Source of the DNA: Antedon mediterranea
Taxonomy: Eukaryota > Animalia > Echinodermata
Direction: 5' to 3'
Length of the DNA stretch: 64,000 nt
Assembly: GCF_964355755.1 (NCBI RefSeq)
Contig: NC_092680.1
Coordinates: forward strand, 13,587,045 to 13,651,044
Each line of letters opens with the position of its first letter. Position 1 is the first letter of the stretch. This document shows, piece after piece, positions 23,540-35,684 of the stretch. Made by a program: the position numbers and the translations under genes. The notes under the pieces were generated by a model that searched no databases, had not been told where the DNA came from, and saw only the letters and a list, made by a program, of their open reading frames with translations.

Positions 23540-24790
23540 ACAAGAGGCAGCGAGTAATCTGTAACTTCAACCCATGTCATTCTCCTGTATAGGAAAAACA
23601 ATATCTGGTGTCTAAACACATTTCAATCTTGTTTTTATGTGAGTTATATTATTATAGATATTGTTCTGAATTTGAATATGCAATGTTGCAATCTCTGTAC
23701 ATAATAATCGTTCAATATCTACCAGTATTCAAGTAATGTTGAAAATAAAAAGTTTCACAGAAGAAGAAAATACGTTTTGTTTTATACGATTACCAATACT
23801 TCATTAGGTCTATACATAATTTCAGTTGTACAATTGTTTTTTTATATTGTTTTTTTTTCTATCCAGGTCCACATGAAATATTGTTCTGAATTTGAATATG
23901 CAATGCAATCTTTCATATCTATTGGTATTCAAGTAATGTTAAAAATAAAAAGTTACATTTTACAGAAGAAGAAAATATACGTTTTGTTTTATACGATTAC
24001 CAATACTTCATTAGGTCTATACATAATTTCAGTTGTATAATTGTTTTTTTAATTTTTTTTTTATCAATCAAGGTCCACATGAAATTACTAATACAGTAAT
24101 TTACTCGTTTGGAAGAATAATCAGTTTATTATCTATGCAAGAGGGGCAGCGAATAATCTGTAACTTCAATCCATGTCCTTCTCCTGTATAGGAGAAACAA
24201 TATCTGGTGAGTAAACACATTTTAATCTTGGTTTTATGTGAGTTATATTATTATTAATATTGTTCAGAATTTGAATATGCAATGTTGCAATCTGTGCACA
24301 TAATACTCTTTCAATAAATACCGGTATTTAAGTAATGTTAAAAATAAAAAGTTAGATTTTACAGAATAAGAAAATATGTTTTGTGTTACACAATTTCCAA
24401 TACTTCATGAGGTCTAAACGTAATTTCAGTTGTATAATATTTTTTGTATTATTTTTTCTATCTATCCAGGTCCACATTAAATTACTAATACTGTAATTTA
24501 CTCATTTGCAAGAATAATCAATTTATTATCTATGCACGAGTGGCACCGAATAATCTGTAACTTCAACTCATGTCAGGTGAGTAAACACATTTTAATCTTG
24601 TTTTTATGTGAGTTATATTATTATAAATATTGTTCTGAATTTGAATATGCAATGTTGCAATCTGTGCACATAATACTCTTTCAATATCTTCCGAAATTCA
24701 AGTAATGTTAAAAATAAAAAGTTACATTTAACTGAAGAATAAAATACGTTTTGTTTTATACGATTAGCAATACTAATACAGTAATTTAGA
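23540..24790. repeat. Degenerate tandem duplications downstream of the RepHel stop codon
   Basis: Blocks TAATCTGTAACTTCAA (23555, 24154, 24551) and ATATTGTTC(T/A)GAATTTGAATATGCAATG (23658, 23877, 24257, 24627) repeat. Confidence 0.8.
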
Positions 24791-25544
24791 TCCAACCTGT
24801 TAGTGGCGGTTTCAACGCTGTTGGGTGTCAACTGCATAAAATAAAATAAATAAATAAAATAAATTTGCTCATTTGCAAGAATAATCAATGTATTTTGTTT
24901 TGGTTTTAGGTGTTCAATAGAATGGTTTCATCTCTTCAATTATAATAGGATCCGGATGTTTAGGCAGTCAGTAATGCAGTCATTCGCTCTTTCATAACAA
25001 TTGTCTAAACGCGGCAAATGATTAAATTATTAATTATATTAATAATTGTTAAAAAAATAAGAATCTTCTATAAATAGATCAATAAATATAAGTTTAATGA
25101 ATCCACAACTGACAAATTAACATGTATATAATGTACTAAGTAAAATTACTGATCACCAAATAAACTACTGTATAGTATAAACAGCCTACTTACTATATGT
25201 TGACAATTTGGTACAATTTGCAATAACCAATGAAAGTTTTTATAAATACATACATTTTATACTTATTGTGGGTTTTCTTCATTTGTATGAAATAAAAGAT
25301 TATTTTTAACAATTATGGTGTGATGATATTAGTTTTACGAGAACTATTATATCTATTGGAGCAAGTTTCACTGTAACTGAGATTCCATTGGATCAAAAAC
25401 ACAGAACAGAGGAGACAAGAAATTGTTATTATTATTCAAACATTTTGTAACTGGTTGTACTGAAGTATATTATGGTGTATATCAGAACTGAAATTACGGG
25501 AACAATATTTTTTGATGTCATCAAAAAGAAAGATAAAGGCATGT

Positions 25545-28500
25545 CCATTACAAATTTATACAATCTTATTGACCAGAATTAAAGATACGCTGCGAAAAAA
25601 ATTGGTGGAAAGAAAGAAGGATAATATAGAAAAAAAAATAGATTTTAACTCGTCACTATGGACGGTTACGTTAGAATATTGCGATTAACGATTTTATGCC
25701 ATTTTATCCTGTAGAAAAAAATGTAAGTGTGCCCTCTATTTTTTGTCTAAGTATAATATACAGTATACACTATATTATACTGTATACATACTACATACAG
25801 GGCAGAATATGTGAAAATAACGGAACTCGCTTTTTATTCAAATTTTTGAAATGATGACGTTATCAAAATGAAACACGTAGAAAGCAATTTTGGAAGGGAA
25901 TTATCTGAGCAACAACATATCAACGTGTTGAACAAATTTGTATACGTAGAATATGGATGCACGCTCTTTTAAAAGTCATGAACTATGACGAAATATATGA
26001 AAAAACGACTTATAAACTGGCCATATGATGACGTCACAACAGCCGATGCGCAAAATGAGCACATGAATTCGTATCTACTATTCAACAGCTTCCAGAAAAC
26101 GTGGGTGGGTCTCACTTTTCATTCTGAGGAGCTATATAATATTTAATTTTAATGGAAATTAAAAATTTGATGAAAATAAGTGACCCAAGTTTTTCATACT
26201 TTTGAACATAATGACGTCATAACAATTTTAAAAATGGTAAACCATACGAAAGATAATTGATTGACCTAGACAATATAATAAAATGTGGGGAAATGGAATA
26301 AGAATAAGTGGAGATGCGCTTTATTAAATATGATGACCTATGACTAAATAGACAAAAATCCTATATTTCATATTCGAGTGGTCATACGATGACGTCACAA
26401 TGTCCGGTTAGCCATATCGATGCATGATTCTATATCTACAACTCATCTACTTCCATTATGCCATTGAAACAATTTCAGTGCGCTCTCTATTTTGTGTCAC
26501 CTCTAAGTATATACGTATAACACTATGTACTGTATACGTACTACATACAGTGCAGAATAGGTGAAAATAAGTGACCAAATTTATTGACGCTTTTGAACAT
26601 GATGACGTCATCACAATTTTTAAAATGGTGAATCATGCGAAAGATAATTGATTGACCTAGACAATATATAAAAATGGAGGGAAATGAAATACGGATAACT
26701 GGAGATGCGCTCTATTAAATGTGATGAGCTATGACGAAAGAGACAAAAATCCTATATTTGATATTCGAGTGGCCATACGATGACGTCACAATGTCCGGTT
26801 AGCCAAATCGATGCATGATTCTATATCTACAACTCATCTACTTTCAGAATATGTAAAAAAAAATAAAAGTCACCATGTAGTTTAGAATCCATGACTGTTC
26901 AAAAAAAGGTATAATTTTGACACATTTTTGAAATTTTTTTTCAAAAACGCGCGCAAATTGTTCAATTTTACGTGCTCGTATGACGTGATTTTAAGTCGAA
27001 ATTGTTTGAAAGTTGGTAAAATTACTAGAGAAGGCTGAAAAAACAAAAATCGAGCAAAAAAAACATGTTTTTGCACTACGTGCGCACGCGCGCGTGAAAA
27101 TATAGCGCACGCGTGGGAATTTTTGAAATGCTCAAAATGACATGAAACGCGTAGAAAGTTGATTAGAAATGAATTTTACGCATTTTGAAATTTTGAACGC
27201 GCGTGCGCGCGTAACTTTATGTGAAACATGCCATTTTTAATCCACAGAAAGTTTGCGCATGATAAAACTTAAATTTTCACAAAGTTTCAACACAAAATGA
27301 CATTTCGTTTTTAATCTATGATCAATCATTGAAATTCATTAAATCGCACGTAACGTACGCTGCGCAACTCAAAATTCATAAAAAAAAGTTTCTTGCACAT
27401 CTACAGCTACAGGGCAATCTTTTGACAAAGTTACACAATTTTATGTTAACCAGAATTAGAGATATGCCACCAACAAAATTCAGGGAAAGAAAGAAGAATA
27501 ACATAGAAAAAAAAAAAAAAGATCCTGACAATAACAAGGGGTTATCCGCCAAGTGCGGATAACCAAAAAAAAAAGATCCTGACAATAACAAGAGGTTATC
27601 CGCCAAGTGCGGATAACCAACTAGATTTGAACTCGTCACTACGGACGAGTTAGGTTATCCGCAGCGCAAAAGCCACGCGCACGTCATACGTTAGAATATT
27701 GCGCGCAGAAAAACGATTATGCCAATGAAAAAATGTTAGTGCGCTCTCTATTTTGCGTCACGTCAAAGTATATACGGTATACACTATATTCTGTATACGT
27801 ACTACATACAGTGCAGAATAGGTGAAAATAAGGGACCCAAGTTATTGACGCTTTTGGACATGATGACGTCATCACAATTTTTAAAATGGTGAATCATTCG
27901 AAAGATAATTGATTGGCCTAGACAATATAACAAAATAGGGGGAAATGGAATACGGATAAGTGGAGATGCGCTCTATTAAATGTGATGAGCTATGCGAAAG
28001 AGACAAAAATCCTATATTTTATATTCGAGTGGCCATATGATGACGTCACAATGTCCGGTTAGCCATATCGATGCATGATTTGATATTTACAACTCATCTA
28101 CTTTTAGAATCTGAAATTTTAAATATTTTCACCACGGAGTTTAGAATCTATGACTTTTTAAAAAAAGGCATAATTTTCACGAATTTTTTAACTTTTTCAT
28201 CAAAAACGCGCGCAAATTGTTCAATTCTACGTGCTCGTATGACGTGATTTTAAGTCGAAATTGTTTGAAAGTTGGTAAATTTACTAGAAAAGACTGAAAA
28301 AACAAAAATCAAGCAAAAAAAAGATGTTTTTGCGCTACGTGCGCACGCGCGCGTAAAAAATATGCGCACGCGTGGGAATTTTTGAAATGCTCAAAATGAC
28401 CTGAAACGCGTAGAAAGTTGATTAGAAATGGATTTTTCGCAATTTGAAATTTTAAACGCGCGTGCGCGCGTAACTTTCTTTAAAACATGCCATTTTCTCT

Positions 28501-28960
28501 CCATAGAAAGTTAGCGCATGATATGACTTAAATTTTTACCAAGTTTCAATACAAAATTACTTTTAGTTTTTATTCTATAATCAATCATTGAAATTCATAA
28601 AATCGCACGTAACTTACGCTGCGCGACTCTAAAGTCAAAAAACGAAACGTCCTGCACATCTACCGCTACAGGTCAATATTATGACAAAGTTACACAATCT
28701 TATGTTGGCCAGAATTAGAGATATGCGTGCAACAAAATTCGTGGAAAGAAAGAAGAAAATAGAAAAAAAAAGAGAAAAAAAAAAAGAAAAAAAAAAAAGA
28801 TCCTGACAATAACAAGGGGTTATCCGCCAAGTGCGGATAACCAAAAAGATCCTGACAATAACAAGAGGTTATCCGCCAAGTGCGGATAACCAAAAAAAAA
28901 AAGAAAAAAAAAAAGATCCTGACAATAACAAGGGGTTATCCGCCAAGTGCGGATAACCAA
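25545..28960 (-). mobile_element. Right part of the Helentron unit cluster: decayed mosaic unit, 5'-joined unit, one full unit and stacked end modules
   Basis: Unit tail at 25545-25637. Decayed start ATAGATTTTAACTCGTCACTATGGACG at 25638. Internal jump at 26455 to a well-conserved unit body. Modules at 27521 and 27575. Full unit from CTAG at 27621. Modules at 28799, 28848 and 28915. Unique DNA follows 28960. Confidence 0.9.
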
Positions 28961-29447
28961 TAATTAGCATTAAATGAATATTAGAATTAGAATATTAGGT
29001 TTATTATAATAAAATGAATTTTTTTTTTATATTTCAAGAGGTGATTCAACTTTAAGTAAGCCTAGTAGGCCTGTCTAAAAATAATTGTGACAACTTTTCC
29101 TTTAAATACTGTATCCTATAGTATAGCATATTGAGTTAGGTACTGTTCTCATAGCCTTTAAAATAATAGATTTAACGTACGGAGGTCCGGTATCCATATG
29201 CAATGTATTAAGTACGGCATACTTTAGTTTATGTATCGTCAAGAACTAAATCCTGTAACTATTCCCTTTTATGCATAATGCCTAATCTACATAAACATTT
29301 TACCGAAAGGGTCTAATTTTTAAATATAGGCCTACATGAGTATTGCTGATATTGATAAATGAAATATTTATATTTGATAAATGAAATATTTATATTTAAC
29401 ATTTTTAGAGTAATGTGATTCGAAATCATCAAAGGGGTGTCCGAGTG

Positions 29448-32400
29448 TTACATGGATGAAGTGACTGTCAATTGTATGCCGTCACCTTGCAGACCATCTA
29501 TGTTGACATACTCATCATTTACGATCACTTCCTCATGTGTATCTCTAAAATAAGCAATAAATAATATAAATAAATAATAATTTAACCATTTCAAAATTCT
29601 GAGTTCGCCATGACTACAGTACATTTTTCCTTCATAATTAGGCTATATATTGTGTCACTATTAGAAGTATGCCGACGATAATAGGCCTAGTTCACGATTA
29701 CACTGATTTAAGCGGTTTTAAACCACAAAGACCCAAAAAACAACAAGCATAATTCGCTGTTTAGAATTCTGCTTGAAGTGTTTGTACTGTATCGAATGTA
29801 TGGGTTGACTGGACATGCTCATTGACCAATGCTATACCAGTCATGCATTATGTATGCTGGCACTAGTTGGTAAAAAGTCATTCAGGTCTCAATTATTTCG
29901 TTGAACATTTCAGTGGATTCCCAACATAATTATGAGCAATGCATTACTGAATGTGAACATACCTGCGACAGTTAAAATATTTGATTGAATACTAAATTAA
30001 AATTTAATTAAATTATTGGAAAGATAATTAGGCATAGGGGCCCTATTAGTAAAAAAGAAGTAAAAATACTCACAATCCATTGTTATGTTTACCACCTCGG
30101 GGTGTTGATTTTGGTGGCTTTGAATGTCTACCAAACAAGGTCTTTCTCTTTGGTCTGAAAACCTGAGGATAATTTAAATACATGCGAATAAGACTAACAA
30201 CGAAGATAGAATATGTCTCTCTACACCACGTGGTGTTCAAATGATTTGTGTTAATGCTATACAGAAAATATACATACGTTGTTACGCGCTGTCGACTGTG
30301 TCTAATGTCGTTTTAAACATTATAACAGTTAAGAATAAATTTTATAAATAAAATTACCAATCTATTTTCATAAATTGGTTCCGATCCCAGATCCACTGTT
30401 GGTTCTATTTCATCGTTTGTATTTCCAGCCTGAAAATACACGTTTTCTTGTCGGCCAACCTGCACAATCTTGTCGTGGAAATCTTGCAAAGGGTCCACAT
30501 TGAAAAACTTGGCTGTTTGCAGGGGGTATATATCATTCAGTATATAAATCATAAATGCAAGAACCACACATAACAAACCTGTAACAAAAGAACTCACAGT
30601 GTTTGATTTCAAACCCACATCCTATTCACACTGTACACAAATCTTATAAATATTCTTGCAACACTAATTGGTTTAACTTGGTACCAACGTGATAGAACCT
30701 TTCCGTGTTATGTAACATAGAAGAACAAGGGCAATAGAGTGAATTGATCACAACATGATACCTCCATGATCACAACAAGCAAAATTGTTGTGCTGTACGT
30801 GTGAATCGGGTATGTCTGGAGGAGGTGTACTGGCTGTTTAGTGGGGACTTCAAGCATTTATAACCAGCTGTTAAAGCTTTCATCGGAAAAGATTAGTGGT
30901 TATTAGACCTATTTTCAACTTCCATTCGAGCAGAACTGCAACTTTGCATAAAAAATGGCAAATAAATAATATGCGATATTAATAATCAAGTGAACTTTAC
31001 CCGCGCTTAAGTTCATCCAAAAACACCAACCGTACGATAGTGTCAGTGTTTCGTCACCAAGGGGAATCTCTAGCGGCAGCCAAAAGTAATCTTTCTCGCC
31101 ACCCATTGAATTCCTGAGAGTCGCAAAGATGATGTTCGCCGTCAGCATACACCCTCCAGTCAGTAACAAAATGTAAGCTCCGTAGTGGATCACCATCAAT
31201 AATAACATGTTACTTAATAGCCACAGAGGAAAAGATGTCCTGTAATAAAATATTCATATGGAATAATTATTAAAAGAAAGCATAGTGGGTGGCCTATCTC
31301 AGTGGTAATGATAGAAAGACATATTATATTTACCACATAAGTATATTAGTATACCATCCCGACAGCCTGTAGATCCTTCCCCATCGTATGTTATCACCAT
31401 CTAAAGTAAAATATTCCAGAACCCATTGAATTGGCAATGGGGATCCACGCCATTGCGTCGCACGGAATTCCTGATTTATTCTTCCAGCTGAAAAAAACCC
31501 CACAGTGTTAATTAATTATTCATTAGATAATGAAACCAAACCTATTTAAATAACTACTTCATAAAGTGTTATGTATTGATGTTCGCAGATCTACACATTT
31601 ATGACGCGACGTCTCATTTTCAAATCACGTTAACCATTCGTAATTATTCACATTGTGGATCCCTTCACATTGTGTGCAATCGCAAGAGTCAATTACTAAT
31701 CTGTTACGTATAGTCATTATTTTTATTTTAGTATGAAGGACCTCAGTTCGTAAATCTACGTCTTTAAACTTACAGGATATCTCTGGTACCATGCTAATAC
31801 TTGCCTCTTGTTTTTGTATAGATAAATGAAATTGAAAAAAAAATACACATTACCATACGGTCCGAAACCTGTTCTTCCCTGTCCACAACAGAACCTATAT
31901 TGCTCATTATAATTTATTGTTTCAGTTTGGTTTGCCTCCACCATCTGTTCAATCGGTTCACCTAACGATATATTAAAGAATAAGACAGAATCACTAAAGT
32001 TACACTTCAGTATTAATCTTTCTGCTTAAATTAAGATTATTAAGAAGTGCTAAAGTGAAGAACCATTTGCGTAGATTTTAAAAATGATCCATTAATTTTG
32101 AAATGTGACTTAAGCAAAATGAGTATCTTAAAATGACGTTAAGCACGTCTATATTATTCCTGTTGTTTTTATTACACTATTGACAATTACCTTTAAGTGT
32201 TATATTGATTTCTCTTAAGCCGATATGTAAGCCGATTTTCGCACTAACTTCACCTCTGGTGAACGGTTTATACGCTATGTGACTAACCGTTACGTATCCA
32301 TTCTCCCAGTCAACGCCTTGTAGACACACTAAATATATATTCAAAGTAATTATCAAACCTTGTAAAATAAGTTAGTTACATATAGAGAATAATTTATGGA

Positions 32401-34358
32401 CAAGAGAGCGGGAACATAATGTCTAAAACATCACACCTGATCTTAAACACCCCTCCCCCATCTACACCCCCACATTATAACACCACAAAAACAAAAATAC
32501 TTACGTAAAATTGAAAGTCCAATAAACAAACTGATGGTCATTCGGATGAAAGTCCACAGTCGCTGGTAAAATAGCAATACGAAATCGTTAAAAAAACTAG
32601 AAATAAAATGTGTATTTACTTTTGTATAAAAACCATTTTCACCCTTAATTTCCCCTTATTTACCTCCGCCAAGGAAGTATATGTAATCGGTAGCGTGTGT
32701 TTGTTTGTCTGTCTGATTGTTTGTCTGTCTGTTTGTTTGTTAGCAGGATTACTCAAAAAGTAATTACAAGATCTTTACCAAAATGAATGTACAGATAGAT
32801 ATGTGGTCAGGGACCATTTTGGACCATAGTCCTATTTCTGGACCATTTTTAGTATAGGCCTACTTTTCAGACCTGCTAGTGTTAAAAGATAGGACAGAAT
32901 TTTTCAAAAGCCGGTGAACAGTCTTAAAGTAACAAGTAAACTGAAATTGCATTTTCCCGAAAACTACTTGTCCAAAAAACTTCATTTTTGTACAAGAGGC
33001 AAGAGTTATAATTTGTGATTTGTAATTTTAAAACATAATTTGATTTAATGTGCACGTTTTTTTATGCGAGTAGTTTAAAAAAACCTATTTCTTTTCAAAT
33101 TCACTCGTTTGATTTTCGCGTTACTGTTCTATTGTTAGTCAACTGAAGCTATTGTTAATTGTTGAAAGGCTTGTTACATAACCATTACACCAAACTCGCA
33201 TAGTGAAATTAGCTTAAATCACAAACAGCATTAAGACACACACAACTATATTTTTTTTTACCGGAGAAATCTTATGTAGGAGAATATTACAGTAGGCGGG
33301 TGTATGCACTCTCGGAGTGGCTTTCTAGTTACCGGTATATAAGGAATACTGAGGGAGCGATTCGCTCGGGAAGAACATCTAGAGTATGAGCTTTTTCAAA
33401 TTCTGCAGCTGTCACGTCTCTAGATAGATCTTAACTAATTTTTGACAGTCATTTAGATATGGGTCTGAAAGTGCATCATTATAGGTTAATACAATATTAT
33501 ACAAAATATATTGTCTCTATATACGAAAACTAATAGATGACGATATAGGCAGTTAGATTTTAATTTTTCAGTAAATGGACCGTGGATAATGATGGTCTTT
33601 GTTCCTTATGTAACTGTGGAAATATAGTGGACATATCTTACTCATTTAGTTGTGATGCATTGCAATGTGTAGGAAATTAACAACTAAATGTATGTAAGTA
33701 AGATTTAATTTACCATAATGAGCTAGATGCTTGAGAAGTATTCTAGCAATGATAAAATGGTATACGTTCTGTAACACACTCTCTCTCTCAGCAATAACAC
33801 TTTAATGTGTTTTGACAAATTTTGTAAAACATATCTAACAAGATCATGGAAAATACGAAAAATCGCCGGCCTGCAAATGTTTTTTCTTTTGCGGTAAAAA
33901 GAGTGTATAACTATATCTTTTCATTTGTTAATTTCAGTTATTATTATTAATTTTACTGTTATTTGTTTTATTATTTTCAGTTCTTTAGTATTATTGTCAA
34001 TTATTATTTTTAGTTATTACTACTTAATTTTTCTCATCACTAATAGGAGAGGAATCCGCGCTCACTTAATGAACTAAACAAATGTTGCAGTGACGCCGCG
34101 CGCAAACATAAACTCAAACGATGAGTGCGTTTAATAAATAAAACAAAACAAAATATTACTTACTTGTATACCACGTATACCAGGTAGAATGATCAAGTAA
34201 GTAATGAAAATAATGACGGCAGCACAGATTAAACCAGCAAGCGTGATATCGTACGAGACGGCGGTTTTGTTTGGTCCGTAGCTCGTCGGGGCCGGTTTAT
34301 TACGAAATGCATTGAATCCAATAACTTTACTGGATTCATCGTAACCGAGATATTCCAT
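29448..34358 (-). CDS. DUOXA: Dual oxidase maturation factor (DUOXA/NIP/moladietz family), 9 coding exons, ~432 aa
   Basis: GT-AG exons in consistent phase: 34358-34164, 32562-32505, 32328-32191, 31961-31854, 31487-31334, 31239-31001, 30578-30358, 30162-30074, 29544-29448 (1299 nt). Family motifs ILPGIRG, YKPF..KIGLHIGLREINITLKG, ETINYNEQY, GSPLPIQWVLEYFT, YRLSGWYT, YGWCFW..GLLC. The last two exons are low-conservation and less certain. Confidence 0.93.
32658..33329 (+). mobile_element. Non-autonomous Helentron (third terminus family) in DUOXA intron 1
   Basis: 5' TTTACCTCCGCCAAGGAAGTA followed by a (GTTT/GTCT)n microsatellite. 3' GGCGGGTGTA + hairpin GCACTCTCGGAGTGGC + TTTCTAG|T. Confidence 0.8.
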
Positions 34359-35342
34359 CTTTTATTGGATTTTGAAGTTACGTAACTCTTCAAATAAAAA
34401 GTGTAACAAATATGATGATTATAATCGACTATTGGATCGTTTCTTTGATAATATCGTGCGTAAGGAAGAAAAGAAAATAGGCGTACACAATATTTGAGTA
34501 TGGAATATGGTAAATGTACGTGTTTGTACAATTAAGTTACATACAGTAATGGATTGTATACGTATGTACCTAAAAAACTATCTAGACCTACATAGGCATA
34601 TTAATGATTACCGTAATGATTAATAATAGGCCTCATATAGTGTAAAATGGTGTACATACAAAAAAAATAGAATAATTAATATTCTCTATAAGGGCAGTGA
34701 ACTAAATTAACGGACATCATTTTTTTTTTTTTGACGAATGAGATTAAACATTCCACAGAACAGAACAATGCCGTTCTCCACAATACATCATGTTATATTA
34801 AATTATACTATTTCTGATTACTTACACGTCACCTGCACCTTTAACGATTGAACTCAATAACAATGTGTGCGTTCGTAAATAAAACGGTGACAACTAATGA
34901 ATACTATAAGATACATACCACAAAAGTAATCTTCTTTTTACTAATGTCTGCTGCCTTAACGAGAGAACGACTTGTTTCAATGTCTATTCTGGGAGAACTG
35001 ATACTAAAACCCGAATAACAGATAGTTTTAAAACAGCTTACTTCCTCGTATATGATTTTATTTACATAATGATCAAAGCAAATTGATCTTTGATTGGTAT
35101 TAATATTTACAATGTGAACTTTAAAACGGAACAGTTTCCATTATATTTGGTACGTACTCTGTAAATAATTGGCAATTTTTATCAACATTGAAGATAATAA
35201 AAAGTTCGGTTATTATTTTATGGTAACATATTCCTTAATCCATAATCAATAATAATGTATTCATTCCATTACATAACATGTTCAAATTACGCTTTCAAAT
35301 TTTGATCAAGAAATTCCATATTACTTTTTACCAAAATAGTAA

Positions 35343-35640
35343 TATCTATTCTATTCTATTTATGTTTTTATATGGCGCCCTACAAAGAACAGAGCGCCTA
35401 ACAATACTATAGTAATTAATTAAAAAGAAAAGTTTTAAGTTGACGTTTAAATAGAGGTGGCGAATTCGCTCCTCTCAAATCGACATGAGCGCGTTCCAGA
35501 TCCGCGGAGCGGCGACAGAAAAAGTATAGTGTCACCACCACTGACCAGCTTTCCGATTAGATCGTGGAATGAAAAGTCGGGTGGGATCATTAGAGGAGCG
35601 AAGTTGACACCTGTAATTAAATGAAAGCTGGTCACGGTTA
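35343..35640 (-). mobile_element. 3' fragment of an L2/CR1-group LINE
   Basis: Minus strand encodes ...FSVAAPRIWNA...FKRQLKTF, typical of the L2 ORF2 C-terminus, followed by a short 3'UTR and an (AATAG)n tail. Confidence 0.7.
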
Positions 35641-35684
35641 ATATCATTTTTTTTTTATTTAGTTAGGTAGTCATACATTGTCAT

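Larger units (their letters stand above)
5573..27620. mobile_element. Putatively autonomous Helentron (Helitron2/HLE2), ~22 kb, with the same termini as the 1.2-kb units
   Basis: Begins at 5573 with the unit's CTAG-hairpin-subTIR end (about 100 bp of homology with two small deletions), then unique sequence. Contains the RepHel-endonuclease ORF. Unit-type sequence resumes at ~25545, with end modules at 27521 and 27575. The right boundary (27566 or 27620) is inferred from nesting. Confidence 0.8.

Noticed and set aside
724-28958. CRISPR-like reading of the palindromic 44-45-bp modules
   Set aside because: Eukaryotic context, no cas genes, and the 'spacers' are poly-A or whole transposon bodies; the modules are transposon termini.
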